This document shows, piece by piece, positions 1 through 16,580 of a stretch of DNA of 64,000 bases. Source of the stretch: the human T2T-CHM13v2.0 reference genome, Homo sapiens; assembly GCF_009914755.1 (NCBI RefSeq), contig NC_060937.1; one strand, given 5' to 3'. Position 1 is the stretch's first letter. Each line of letters opens with the position of its first letter. Below the pieces are notes generated by a model that did not search any database, was not told the DNA's origin, and saw only the letters and a program-made list of their open reading frames with translations. The position numbers and the translations under genes are program-made.

Positions 1-329
1 CTGAAACCACAGATTATTCTCTTACTGAAAGTCTTTTCAAAAATAAATGTTAAAAATTATATTGCTATAATCTTTTGTTTAAATGTCCATTTTCTTTATT
101 ATAAAAACGGTAGTTTGTAATTATATCACCTGTTAATTTTTGAATGCTTGTTGGTTTTTTATGCTTTTCGTATTTTATTAGTTCCTATTATCATTTAACT
201 TGTAGAAACACGTATTAAAATTATTAATGATGCTTTCATTTTTAGTTAATAATCTGATTAGTTATACATTTGTGTTACAACTTTTGTTTAAGACGTTCTA
301 ATACATGGAAAGTTTTCTTTGTTGGTCCA

Positions 330-1440
330 GTCAAGTCTATCATTCTGGCAGCAGCCAACCTGAAGGAAATGTCAATGATCAAACCTAGGATTATTTGAAC
401 ATCAAAATACATAATTAAGGCCAAGCGTAGTGGCTCATGCCTGTAATCCCAGCACTTTGGGAGGTGAGGCAGGCGGATCATGAGGTCAGGAGATTGAGAC
501 CATGCTAGCTAACATGGTGAAACCCTGTCTCCACTAAAAAAATACAAAAAAAAAATAGCTGTGCGTGGTGGTGGACACCTGTAGTCCCAGCTACTCAGGA
601 GGCTGAGGCAGGAGAATGGCATGAACACAGAAGGCAGAGTTTGCAATGAGCTGAGATGGCGCCCTGCACTCCAGCCTGGGCGACAGAGTGAGACTCTGTC
701 TCAAACAACAACAACAACAACAACAACAAAAATAATTGACAGATTATAATCCATAGTGTAAAGTAAGTATCCATGAGTTCAAACTGACATAAATAAATAA
801 TAAGTAAATGAATAAATGGAGAAAATGTACACCTCTTTCTTAAGTAGAATTTTCAATTAATAAGTGTAGAAAAATAATGGAAAAGAAAAATTACCATTTG
901 GCAAAGAGTACAATAAAAATTCTTCCAGGCAAGGATCATCTGTGTATACTAAAATTGTGAGCAACAGTATGAAAAGAAACAAGATATTTTCAATGTTTCA
1001 AAATACCTCCCCATACAATGTTTACTAATTAAAGGTAGAAATACAGTAAATGTGTAACTGATAAACTGACACACAGCATCATGCACCTCCTAATTAATAT
1101 GATACTCTAAGAGCACAACATAATTTCTGTCATATTATTGCCAAAAATACATAAACTTCATTCTAACCGTGAGAAAACTTAAGACAAAAATTTGAGGGAG
1201 ATTCTACAAAATATCTGGCCAGTACTCTTCAAAAGTTCCAAAGTCATGAAAGACAAAGAAAGGACATTAGTGGGACAATTAGCAAGTATGTCGATGTTAA
1301 TTTCTTTGTTTTGACATTGTATTACTTTTATGTAAAATGTTATTTGGGAAAGCAAATTGAAGGCTATACCCAAATGTATACATTCTTTCTACAACTTGTT
1401 GGTAGCCTAAATATTATTTCAAAATTAATAAGTTAAAACA
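330..1440 (+). mobile_element. Old L1 3' region (L1MC/L1ME-like), interrupted by the Alu at 419
   Basis: Resembles L1MC 3'UTR consensus as recalled (ccatgagttcaaactgacataaataaa; ggccagtactcttcaaaagt). Boundaries approximate. Confidence 0.6.
419..731 (+). mobile_element. Alu (AluY/Sc-like) with (CAA)n tail
   Basis: Dimeric Alu: gcctgtaatcccagcactttgggagg...ggatcatgaggtcaggagattgagacc; (CAA)n tail ~703-731. Confidence 0.95.
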
Positions 1441-2211
1441 ATCTACCAATCAGCTCCCTTGAGTGATCCATGTTATGTATCATTCTTGCAGTAGCATATT
1501 CTCTATAAGGTTACATGGATATCCCTTCACATTATATGATATACATTTTTGGTTTTAGTATTTGGCCAAAAAATCCAATTGATGTGGAATTAATTTTGGT
1601 ATAAGATATAGGATGAGGATATTTATTCTTCAAAATGTTCATTAGTTGCCTCAACACGATTTATTGATTAATCAGTTCTGTATCTGCTTATTCGAACTGC
1701 TATTCTCATCTTATCCTAATTATTGCATCACTGGAATCACTTTTTCATTTTCTCCTGCATTTCATCAGCCTCACTCTTCTTGTGCTAGTTCCATAATGCC
1801 TTTATTGTTATGGATTTATAGTGTTATACTATAAGATAAGTCAAATATCACTTCATGAGATTTTAATATTTTTTCAGAATGATTACTTCAAAATGCACCT
1901 TATTTTATTGTAATACATGAATAAGATTTTATTAGACTTCTAAGTATACTTATTAGAATTGCAGTTAGAACTGTATTATGTTATATTATCGTGGTATCAT
2001 AGCTCTCTAAATATTTATTTACTGATTCATGCACATCTTCAACAAATATTGAGTGAAAGATCCTGTATACTGGCACAGGCAAGTTACTAGAAATTTTATT
2101 TGGGCTCTGGGTGGGAAAAAAGAAGAAAATGCCACTGTCTCTATGTCTCTCTCCATACACTATGTCTCATGAGAGTTTAGGGTGTACTATTTCTAAATTT
2201 AAAGAAATTCA

Positions 2212-2510
<299 letters not shown>

Positions 2511-2762
2511 GAAATACAATAAAGAGTATTTTTAAGAAAATAAATGTTTTGCGATTTTTCTGGGGCACCTGGCAAATCAAATGAAAAACTTTTTTGTAGA
2601 GACGTAATCTGAAACTAGATACACTAAATTCCTATTCACAAAGAAGTTACTCTAAAGATGCTTTCATGGATGACAATTCCAGGCCCTATAAAGACCATCA
2701 AGAGCAAAAAGGACTTCTGATAATAGAAACATAAAATAATTATATTTAAAGTAGGTAAAATT

Positions 2763-5660
<2,898 letters not shown>

Positions 5661-5664
5661 GCTA

Positions 5665-6098
<434 letters not shown>

Positions 6099-6099
6099 T

Positions 6100-6640
6100 T
6101 ATTTGGATTAGTTCTTTCTTGCCTCTCTGAAAGCTAATTGGTAATATCTACTGAAACTACCTGTGCATTTACCCTTTGATGAGGCAATCTCACTTCTGAA
6201 AATTTCCCTTAATAGTATACTTCCAACAACTGGAAATTACATATGCATAAGTATTTGTTATTGCAAATTGCACTATTATTTGTAATTGCAAAAATTTGGA
6301 AATAACCTAAAAGTCCGAACATATAAGTGTTTTTTTTAATAAACTATGGTTTATCTTCACATCTTTATTACACAAATGGTAGCATAGTATATAAATGCAG
6401 TGTAAAAAGGAATGCGGTAAAACTTTATGAACTGATGTGCAGTGATTTCTGGCATGTGTTTCTAAGTTATAAAAACCAAACTGCTTTTATATACTATGCT
6501 ACTATCTAAGTAAGAAAGAAGTGAAAAACATGCTTACATTTGTTATTTTTACAAAAAAATACAGAAGTGAAAAACAGATAATGAAGAAGTTGATTACCTA
6601 CGTCTGCTAATGGTGGAGGGGGATGAGGGAGATTGGCAGA
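6100..6640 (+). mobile_element. L1ME-like 3' fragment
   Basis: cattta ccctttga...gcaatctcacttct...tttgtaattgcaaaaatttggaaataacctaa, an L1 3' pattern. Confidence 0.55.
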
Positions 6641-6654
6641 TATATGAGAAAGAG

Positions 6655-7927
6655 TCTGTAAGGAGCTTAAACAAATCAACAAGCAAAAAAATAGCCCCAT
6701 TAAAGAATGGGCAAAGGACATGATATAGTTTGGATATGTGTCCCTGCCCAAATCTCATATTGAAATTCCCAGTGTTGGGGGTGGAGCCTGGTTGGAGGTG
6801 ATAAGATCATGGGGGTAAATTTCTCATGAATGGTGTAGCATCATCCCCCTTGGTACTGTCCTCATGATAGTGACTGAGTTCTAATGGGATATGGTTGTCT
6901 AAAAATGTGTAGCACCTTCCCCCTCAGTCTCTTTCTCCTGCTTTTGCCAAGTGATGTGCCTGTTTCCCCTTTGCCTTGACTTCCACAATAACTGAAAGGT
7001 TCCTGAAGCCTCCCAAGAAACCAAGCAGATGCCAGCATCAAGCTTCCTGTACAGCCTGCAGAACTTGTAAACCAATGAAATCTCTTTTCCTTATAAATTA
7101 CCTGGCTTCAGGTATTTATTTTATAGCAAGGAGAGAAGAGACTAATACAGGACATGAACAGACACTTCTCAAAAGAAGACATACACATGGCCAACAAGCA
7201 TATGAGAAAGTGCTCAACATCATGAATCATCAGAGAAATGCAAATCAAAACCACAATGAGATACCAACTTATACCAATCAGAATAGCTATTAAAAAGTCA
7301 AAAAATAACAGATGTTGGTGAGGCTGTGGAGAAAAGTGAATGCTTATAGGCTGCCGTGGAGAAAAGGGAATGCTTAATTAGCTCAGCCACTGTGGAAAGC
7401 AGTTCGGAGATTTCTCAAAGAACTTAAAATAGAACTACAATTCAACCCAGCAACCCCATTACTGGATATATCCCCAAAGGAATATAAATCATTCCACCAA
7501 AAAGACACTTGCACTGGCATGTTCATTGCAGCACTTTTCGCAATAGCAAAGACATGGAATCAACCTCCATGCCCATCGATGGTGTGCTAGACAAAGAAAA
7601 TATGGTATATATTTTCCAGTGAATACTACACAGCCATAAAAAAGAATGAGATCATGTCCTTTGCAGCAACATGGATGCAGCTGGAGGCCATTGTCCTAAA
7701 GAAATTAATGCAGAAACAGAAAACAAAATACTGAATATTCTTACTTATAAGTGGGAGCTAAACACTGAGTACACACGAACACAAAGAGGGGAACAATACA
7801 TGCCAGTTGTTACTTGAGGGTTGAGGGTGAAAGGAGGGTGAGGATCAAAAAACCATATGTGCAATTTACCCATGTAACAAACTTGCACATGTATCCTCTG
7901 AACCAAAAATAAATATTGGAAAAAAAG
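6655..7927 (+). mobile_element. L1PB/L1PA16-like ORF2 end and 3'UTR, split by MSTA
   Basis: cagagaaatgcaaatcaaaaccacaatgagatacc; ataagtgggagctaaac; A-rich tail at ~7920. Confidence 0.9.
6721..7149 (+). mobile_element. MSTA MaLR solo LTR
   Basis: tgatatagtttggat...actaataca, 429 bp, perfect 5-bp TSD GGACA. Confidence 0.9.
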
Positions 7928-8696
7928 TGATAATTTTCCGAGCAAAAAATTTTGCAATATTAATTAATTAATCAAACTAAAAGGCAAAACAACAAGAAAA
8001 ACTTATCCAAGTATGCTTTTCCCATGTTAGTGTGGTTATGGTATTCATTTAAAGTTCAGTTGAGTTCATAAGCTTCAGCCTGCTTTCAGTGCTAGGTTGC
8101 TGTTTTATTTTTCTTTTTGTCCTTACTGATTTAATTTTAATTTTTAAATGTGTAGAGCATTGGCATGTCTCCAAATGTTATCTGTATCTATATTGCAAAA
8201 TTACTTGCTCAGAAAAAGTCACTCCTTCATATAGTCCCCCAACCTCTCTTATCATCCTCCACCTTCACAGCTAGCCTAAGTAACCAACTTCTGCAGTATG
8301 AGGATCAACTATATTTTAGGGAGGTCCTATATTTGGACCGTTAGGTCATTTCCACCATTTTACAATTAAAAATAATGATTAAATTTGCAATGAAAAATAC
8401 TTATGCATATGTGTTTTGTTTGTTTGTTTTTGTGTGTTTGCTTGTTTTGTTGTTGTTTTTTTTTAGCTATTGGAGGTATTTCATTAAGGGAAATTTCTAG
8501 AGGTAGGAATGCTCCATCAAAGAGTACATGCACAAATAGTTTCATTAGATATTGCCAATTCCCTTCATAGGGTCTGTACCATTTTGCTTCCTGCCAGCAA
8601 TGTATAAGAGTGCCTGTGTGGTACAGTGGAATATTCTAACACATCTCTCTCTTTTCTCAGTACTTGAGAGAAAAAGCAGATTAAAATTAGGAAGTC

Positions 8697-9076
8697 ATTA
8701 TGAGCTGAGTTGTGTCCCCCCAAAATTCACACATTAAAATTTTAATCCTCAGCATTTCACAATGTAACTATATTTGGATATTGGGTTTTTGAAGACGGAA
8801 TTGAGGTTAAAATGATGGCATTAAAAAGGGCCCTAACTTAATTTGACTAGTGTTCTTACAGAAAGAGAAATTTAGGACGCAAACATAAGGGAAAGACCAC
8901 GGGATGACACAAGGAGAAAATAGCCATCTATAAGTCAATAACAGAGACATCAGAAGCAACCAACTTTACTGACACCTTGACCTTGGACTTCTAGCCTCCA
9001 GAATTGTGAGTACATTTCTGTTGTTTATACCACTCGTTGTGTGGTATATTGTTACAGCTGCCCTAGCAAACACACA
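8697..9076 (+). mobile_element. MLT1B-like MaLR LTR
   Basis: tgtgtccccccaaaattcac...ctgacaccttgaccttggacttctagcctccagaattgtgag. Confidence 0.8.
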
Positions 9077-9149
9077 GAAGGTCACAAAAATTTTAAAAAT
9101 ATGAACAAACAACTTTCTGGGCCAATTATAGAATATTTATCCCAAAATG

Positions 9150-9500
9150 TAGAATATACCTTTCATTTCAGGAGTACATTGACCATTCATAAAAACTGAT
9201 GATATCCTGGGTCATAAAATAAATCTGAACAAATATAAAGATGATAATATACAGAAATTACATTCATTGATAAAAATGTCATTAGTTAGAAATTAATGAT
9301 AATAAGAATTTTTTATATCTCCAAATGTTTGGAATTTTAAAAAATACATTTCTCAATAACCATTGAGTCAAACATAAAATTATGATGAAAAACATAACAT
9401 ATTTCTAACTCAATGTCAATTAAAATACCATATATTAAAACATGTCAGATGTAGACTTACAAGAAAAAATGTAGCCTTAAATGCACATATTGGAAAAAGA
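9150..9500 (+). mobile_element. Old L1 endonuclease-region fragment
   Basis: gaatatacc...ctgggtcataaaataaatctgaacaaat...agccttaaatgcacatatt. Confidence 0.6.
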
Positions 9501-9519
9501 GACTCAACACTTCATCATG

Positions 9520-10740
9520 GACTTGATACTAGAAAGGAAGCATACAGCATATGAAGCCAATGTAATAAATTGACTCTTGGCCCAAGTCTGATACATAGTG
9601 ATTCCACTTTATCTACATAATGCATAATTAGGATAGACACTCTTGGTAGTTGGCAGGATTCCATATTGGTTCCTTAGACTTTGAGATAATAGTTACAATC
9701 ATGAGGAAAGCCAAGTAGTAGCTTCTGAAATATCTTCATATTAGCATGCAGTTGAAAAGAGCATTACCTCTGGGGGTAAAGACGAATAGTAGTGCCACCC
9801 TTAAATATTTAAAAGATGAAGATATTGTGATCTCCATCATATTTTCATTTAACATATCTCCAAAAACAGATGAATCCTGAAGGACGACAATAAACTACCG
9901 TAAATTTAACTAAGAGTAACAGGCAATTACTGTACCAGATGTAGTACCTCTGCAAGAACAGATCACCTTTCAGATGTCTGGTGTATTAATTTGTTCTTGC
10001 ACTCCTATAAAGAAATAACAGAGACTGGGTAATTTATAAAGAAAAGAGGTTTAATTGGCTCTTGGTTCTTCAGGCTGTACAGTAGCATAGTGGCTTCTGC
10101 TTCTGGTGAGGCTTCAGGAAACTTACAATCATGGGAGAAGGCTAAGGAGAAACAGGCACATCTTACATGGCCAGAGCAGGAGCAAGAGAGAAAGAGTGGG
10201 GAGGTGCTACACTCTTTGAAACAGCCGGATCTGGTGATAACTCACTCACTCTCACAAGAACAGGACCAAGGGAATGGTGCTAAACCATTCATGAGAAACC
10301 ACCCTCATGATCCAATCACCTCCCACCAGGCCCCCCAACATTGAACATGAGATTTGGGTGGGTTCACAGATCCAAACCATATCATTTGGTATTGCAGTCA
10401 TTTATTTGAAAATGTGTGTTTGTTTCTATTCTCATCAGGAAGAAGAACAGAAACAGCTTGGACTCATGTGGAAAGGGCAAGAATTTACATTTAGAATTTT
10501 TCTTTTGTCATAATGTAGTATAGAAAGGTTTGAACCATCAGAGAATTGTGTAGAAAATCACACTTGCTCACTATTATTTACAATATTAAGTTAATCAGAA
10601 TTAAGAATAAGACACGTCAAGTACAAGTAAAACAAATGTGCTACAGAGTGGGAAATAAACACTACAAAGTTTCAGAGATTACCACATTTAAAAAAAAGTT
10701 TTAAGACATTCAATGGTCTGCAGCATGCTAGAACATCTCC
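9520..10740 (+). mobile_element. ERVL-class (HERVL/HERV16-like) pro-pol fragment, split by MSTA
   Basis: Matches recalled ERVL pol (cataattaggatagacactcttggtagttggcag; actaccgtaaatttaac; tgtaccagatgtag); no open frame. Confidence 0.65.
9982..10384 (-). mobile_element. MSTA-like MaLR solo LTR
   Basis: tgtattaat...ccaaaccatatca; TSD tctgg/tttgg. Confidence 0.9.
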
Positions 10741-11164
10741 ATGATCCTCCAATCTTTCTTTTCTCGACCCCTGACCAACCTGCTAAACAATTCACTTCTG
10801 TGCATAGCCATGACATGGATGAAGAACATGGAAAGGTCCATATTATTAAATCGAATGATCCTTTTTTCTTATTTTTTAAAAGTTTAATAGTTTTAATTAT
10901 TACATTTAACTCCAGAGTGTATTTAGAGTTATTTTTGTCTAAGGTGTGAGTCAAGGTTAATTTTTTGCCTATGGATGTCCTATCCTTTCAGCTTCATTTA
11001 TTGAAAAGGCTATCTTTAGCTACAATATTATTACTGTAGCTAATAATAACTCCAAAAATGGGGTAGACTGAATTCTATCACTTTATTCTGTGTTTTTCAG
11101 AATTATTTTAGGCATTTTAGTTTCCTCTGCCTTTCTATATAAATTCTAGAATAATATTTTCTAT

Positions 11165-11168
<4 letters not shown>

Positions 11169-11208
<40 letters not shown>
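11169..11208. repeat. (CA)n microsatellite
   Basis: About 20 CA units. Confidence 0.98.
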
Positions 11209-11211
<3 letters not shown>

Positions 11212-11690
11212 TCTTTCTGGTAGTACAAATTAAATCTGTATATAAATTTGTCCATAGAATTTGGGGAAATTTATATTTTTACTATTTTAAGTATTTCAAT
11301 CTATACATCATGTAGCTCTCCATTTATTAAAATCTCTGACTTCTTTAAGCACCATTGCTTAAAGGATGTTTTCAGAATAGAAGTTTTAAATTGATACCTG
11401 TGCATTTTATTTTTATTGAGCAATTGTGCATGTTATTGTACATCTAATGTTGCTACTTATGTATTTACCGTTAGAATACAGAAATGCATTTCATTTCTGT
11501 GTGCTTATCTTGCATCCTGTGAACTTGCTGAACTCACATTACTTCTATGAAGTTTTGGGGGCATATTTTTAATTCATTGAGATTTTCTATGTGGACAATT
11601 AATGTTATCTATAAGTAGAAACAATTTTGTTTTCTTTTTCTTTATGGCACTGGCAAAAACTTCCCAAATCATGATAAGTAAGACTGATGA

Positions 11691-11958
11691 GGCCAGGAAC
11701 AATGGCTCATTCCTGTAATTCCAGCACTTTGGGAGGCCAAGGCAGGAGAATCATGTAAGGCCAGGAGTTCAAGATCAGTCTGGGCAATATAGTGAGATCC
11801 CTATCTCTACAAAAATAAAAAAATACAAGTAAAAATTTGACTGGACATAGTTGTGCAAGCCTTTAGTCCTAGATACTTGGAAGGCTGAGGCAGGAGGATG
11901 GATTGAGCCCAGGAGTTCAGATTACAGTGAGGTGTGATCATACCACCGCAGTTCAGTC
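11691..11958 (+). mobile_element. AluJ, 3' end missing
   Basis: aggccaggagttcaagatcagtctgggcaatatagtgag; ggaggatggattgagcccaggag. Confidence 0.9.
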
Positions 11959-12681
11959 TGATGAGAATCAATATCTTTGCCTTATTTCTGACCTTGGGGG
12001 CAAATCATTTAGTCTTACCATTACATACAAAGTGAATAGTACATTTTTTATGTAGATGCTATTTATCAAGTTGAAAAGATCCCCTCTATTCTCAGTTCAA
12101 TAGGGAATATATTTCAAATATTGTCAAATGCTTTTCTCTGTATCAATTGACACAATCATGTGATGTTTCTTCTTTAGCTTGGTGAGTTACACGGAATGAT
12201 TTTCAAATAACAAATCAACTTGGGATTCCAGGAACAGACACAACTTTGTAATGCTATATAATTCTTTTTACATGTTGCTGAATCCTATTTGCTAATATGT
12301 TGTTAAGACTTGTTTATATTTTTATTTTTAATTATGAGGGATATTGGTCTATAGTTTCGTTGTTGTTAGTCTGCCTTTACCTGGTTTTGGTGTCAGGGTA
12401 ATACTAACTTCATAAAATGAATTAGGAACTCTTCCCTATTATTCTGTTTTCTGGAAGAAATTATTTGGCATTGGTGTTAATACTTATTTAAATGTTTAGA
12501 AAATTCTCCAGTGAAATCATCTTGATTTGGAGATTTCTTGTTTGGGAGTTTTCAAAGGACAACTTCAATTTCATAATTCTAGGGCTATCCAAATTATCTA
12601 TTTCATTTTGAGTGAGTTGTGGCAGTTTGTTTTTTTTTTGAAATATTATTTCATTTCATTTAAGTCATCAAATTTGTGTGT

Positions 12682-12822
12682 AGAGATTGGAGTGATGCAG
12701 CTGCAAGCAAAGGAATGCCAGTGTCTGCAGGAACCAGGGGAGATAGAAACAGGAAAGAGATAATTCTTTCTTATAGATTTTAGGGAAAGCATAACCCAGT
12801 TAACACCTTGATTTCAGACTTC
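12682..12822 (+). mobile_element. MLT1C/D internal LTR fragment
   Basis: agagattggagtgatgcagctgcaagcaaaggaatgcca...aacaccttgatttcagacttc; both LTR termini missing. Confidence 0.7.
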
Positions 12823-13241
12823 AGGAAATCAAGGTGTTATTTCCATGACCAGCAGTTTTGAGCATATATTTTTGTATAAAATTTTTTAGTGTTTGCTTTA
12901 TATATTTCATTGTATATGCATAATTTATAATCTACTGATATTATCATTTTGCCAATTCAAATAAACTATAGAATGCTTACCTCCTTTTGTCCCCTGTTTA
13001 TAATATAATTTTTTAAAATATTCCCTTTACATACATATGGAACCACATCAAACAGTGTTATAATGTTTTGCTTCAATTGTCAAAAACAATTTAGAAAATT
13101 CAAGACAGCAGAAAGTCTATTATATTACTCACATGTTTGCTTACTGTGATATTTCTTTCTTTCTGATGTCTTAAGGTTACTTCTTTCATTGTGTTTTTTT
13201 GTTTAGAAAACTTCCCTGTTATTCTTTTAAGGTTAGTCTGC

Positions 13242-13570
<329 letters not shown>

Positions 13571-15484
13571 TCATCTGAGAATGTCTTAAATTCCCCTGAA
13601 TATTTTCTCAGGATATAGGATTCTGGATTGACAATTCTTTTATTTTGAAACTTGAAAAATGTTGTGCTTCTTCCTTCTGACCTCCTGGTTCCTGATAAGA
13701 AATCCACTACTAATATTATTTTCTCTTTGTATTTCTCTCTCACTGCTTTCAAGATTTTTTCTTTGTCTTTAGTTTTCAGAAATTTCACTATGGTGTGAAT
13801 ATCTTTGAATATCTTTAGGGTTTTTATCTGTTTGGGGTTTCTTGAATCTGCAGCTTTATGTTTCTTGACCAATTTGGAATATTTTCAGCCATTATTATTT
13901 TGAGCACTGTTTCACCCCCAAACTCTTTCTCTTCCCCTTTCCAAATTCTGATGACATAAATATCAAACCTTTGGTTATACTCCCACAGGTCTCTGAATGT
14001 CTGCAGATTCTTATTCAGTCTATTTTCTCTATACAGCTTGAGTTGGGTAATTTTTCTTATTCTACCCGTCAGTTCATAGAATCCTTTACTCTGTCGCCTG
14101 CACTATGCTATTGAGCCCATCCTTAGACATTGTATTTAAGATATTGTAATTTTTGGTTCTAAATTTTTCCATTGGGATCTTTTTCACATCTTCTGTTTTG
14201 TTGCTGAGACTTCCATTTCATTGCTGAGACTTCCATTTCTTTTCTGAGTCTATTTTTTTCATTTGTTTTATGTGTGTTTCTAATTGATCATTCAAGCTTT
14301 TCTTTTCGTGCCTATTTAAAATCTGTGTCAGATAATCCTAACTTCTCTATTACCTCAATGTTGACATCATTGATTATGTTTTTTCCTTTAGGTTGAGATC
14401 ATCTTGGTTCTTTGTATTACAAATGGTTTTCAATTGGAATCTGGCATTGGGATATTGTATATTGAAACTCCAGATCTTATTTAAACCTTCATTTTTAGCT
14501 AAGTTCCTCTGACACTGCTTGGGCAAGGGAAAGAGGAAGGATGTGCCTTGTTACTGCTAGACGGGGCTAGAAATCCAGGTAACCCATTTGGCCTCTATTG
14601 ACACTCAAGCTGTGGAATTTTTTCATAACTGTTGGGCATGGGAAGGAGTTCCAGCTTCTCATTAGTCCTGCACTGATACTGCCCTGGCTGTCCAGGGGGG
14701 ATAATGGTGCCCCAATTGCTGCTCCCCATGTGGCCACCATTGACACTATGCAGGAGGCACCGGGGGCAGGTGGTGAAAGTTCTGACTCTCCAGTATGTCT
14801 TCGCTGACACCATTCTATTGGGGATGAGGATGGCAACTTATTACTTCCATGTGGGAATAAAAGCCCAGCCTCCATACATGGTCTCCATTGACATTGTTGT
14901 GGGAAGAGGTAGGAACCTGGAATGGGGTATGCACTTGCTGAAGATGAAAGTCCCAGGTCTTTAACAGGCCTTTCCTGACACACTCCAGTGAGGAACCCTG
15001 GGTGCCTTGTTACAGCCTGGCAAGTGTGGAAGTTTGCGTTCCTCACCTGGACTTTGCTGTCATGGGTAGGAGAGGAACCAGAGCTGGTGTTTGGATGGAG
15101 TGGAGAGTTTATTGTGTAAAGGTTTTCTATCTTGATCAATTGACTTCTCCTGGTCCTTTGGCCACAAATAGAAGGTTAGGTTGCTTTTTTGTTTGTTTGT
15201 TTGTATCTGCTGGCATTTCTGCATTGCTGGCTTTTTCATCTCTAAATCCGGGATGTATGAAGCAAAAATAAAACCAAGAAACTCATCATCATCCTCGGGT
15301 TTAAGTTTCCTAGGTAGTCTCCTTTCTTCTCTACACCTTTCAGAGTGGTCTTTTTTATGTATATAATACCGCGGTTTTCAGATATACTCAGCAGGAGGAA
15401 TATGGAAAAGCATGTCTAGTTCATCTTCTCAGATGTGGAAGCTTACTATTCTCTGTTAAAATATCTTTTTCCAAAAGTATTCAA

Positions 15485-15806
15485 GGTGCAGTGGCTCATG
15501 CCTATAATCCTGTTGCTTTGAGAGGCTGAGATGGGAGGCTCAGGAATTTGAGATCAGCCTGGACAAGAGAGTGAGACCAGTCTCTACAAAAAAAAAAAAA
15601 AAAAAGAAGAAGAAAGAAAGAAAAGAAAAATTAGCTGGTGTGGTGGAGCATGCCTGTGGTCCTACCTACTTGGGAAGCTGAGGTAAAGGGATCCCTTGAA
15701 CCTTTCAGGTGCAGGATGTGGAAGGTGCAGTGAGCTATAATCACACCACTGCACTCATCCTGGACAACAGAACAAGACCCCATATTAAAAAATTAAAAAT
15801 AAATGA
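15485..15806 (+). mobile_element. AluJ
   Basis: Diverged dimer with expanded middle A tract; 12-bp TSD aaaagtattcaa. Confidence 0.9.
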
Positions 15807-16367
15807 AAAAGTATTCAATAACTTCCTTTATTTGTGGTTATGACTTGAATTTGCAAAGGCTCCACTTTTATAAAACTATGAGTTTGTGATACGTTCAAAA
15901 TAACTGAACTGCAGCTTTTCAACTTCTGGAACTTCAACTTCTTCATTTTTTAGCGAGAAGTAGAGAGAAATATAAATTAAAATTAGTTTCAGTGTGTTGC
16001 ATTACTTCACTTCTGCTTATTATCTTGCTTTGTGGTTTCACATGCCTCTGAACTGCAGAACAGATTAGAAAGAAAGAATAAGCTAATTAAACTTAGGTCT
16101 CAAAAAACTCAAAAAAAAAACTTGAGAATATAGACAAAAATGTGAGGTAAAATTTTGACTAAACTATTAAAAATAGTTTCTGAGAAAATCTATATAAAAT
16201 ATATATATTTAGTTTATATTTACCTTTGTAATTCACTCAGGGGAAAAAAAAAAGTTGGATGTGTTGGCAGTTAAGTCTTACAGATTCCCAAGAACTCAAA
16301 GAACTATAAATAGAACTTTTAAAGAAGTATTTTCTAACCATCTTTACCCAACTATCAAATCAAAGTA

Positions 16368-16580
16368 TTCTTTCTCTCTCTCCCTCTCTCCCTTCCTCTT
16401 CCTATCCCTTCCACTTTCCTTGTCCTTTTATCTCTGTCTTTCCCTGTCTGACTTTTCCTTCCTTCCCTCCTTCCTTCCTTCCTCCCTCCCTCCTTCCCTC
16501 CCTTCCTCTCCTTCTTTTTCTTTACTTTCTTGCCTTTCTTTCCCCTTCATCTCTCTTCCCTTCCTGTCTTCCCTCCTGAC
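16368..16580. repeat. CT-rich polypyrimidine low-complexity tract including (CCTT)n/(CCCT)n
   Basis: About 210 bp, almost purely C/T. Confidence 0.95.

Noticed and set aside
10713-10949. ORF with cadherin-like words (DPPIF, HDMD)
   Set aside because: Motif spacing is wrong and there is no exon structure; the region is better explained as ERVL/L1 debris
14201-14239. 20-bp tandem duplication
   Set aside because: Ordinary slippage-type duplication in an old L1
14567-15139. 190-aa minus-strand ORF
   Set aside because: Lies in the L1M 5' region; no recognisable protein similarity
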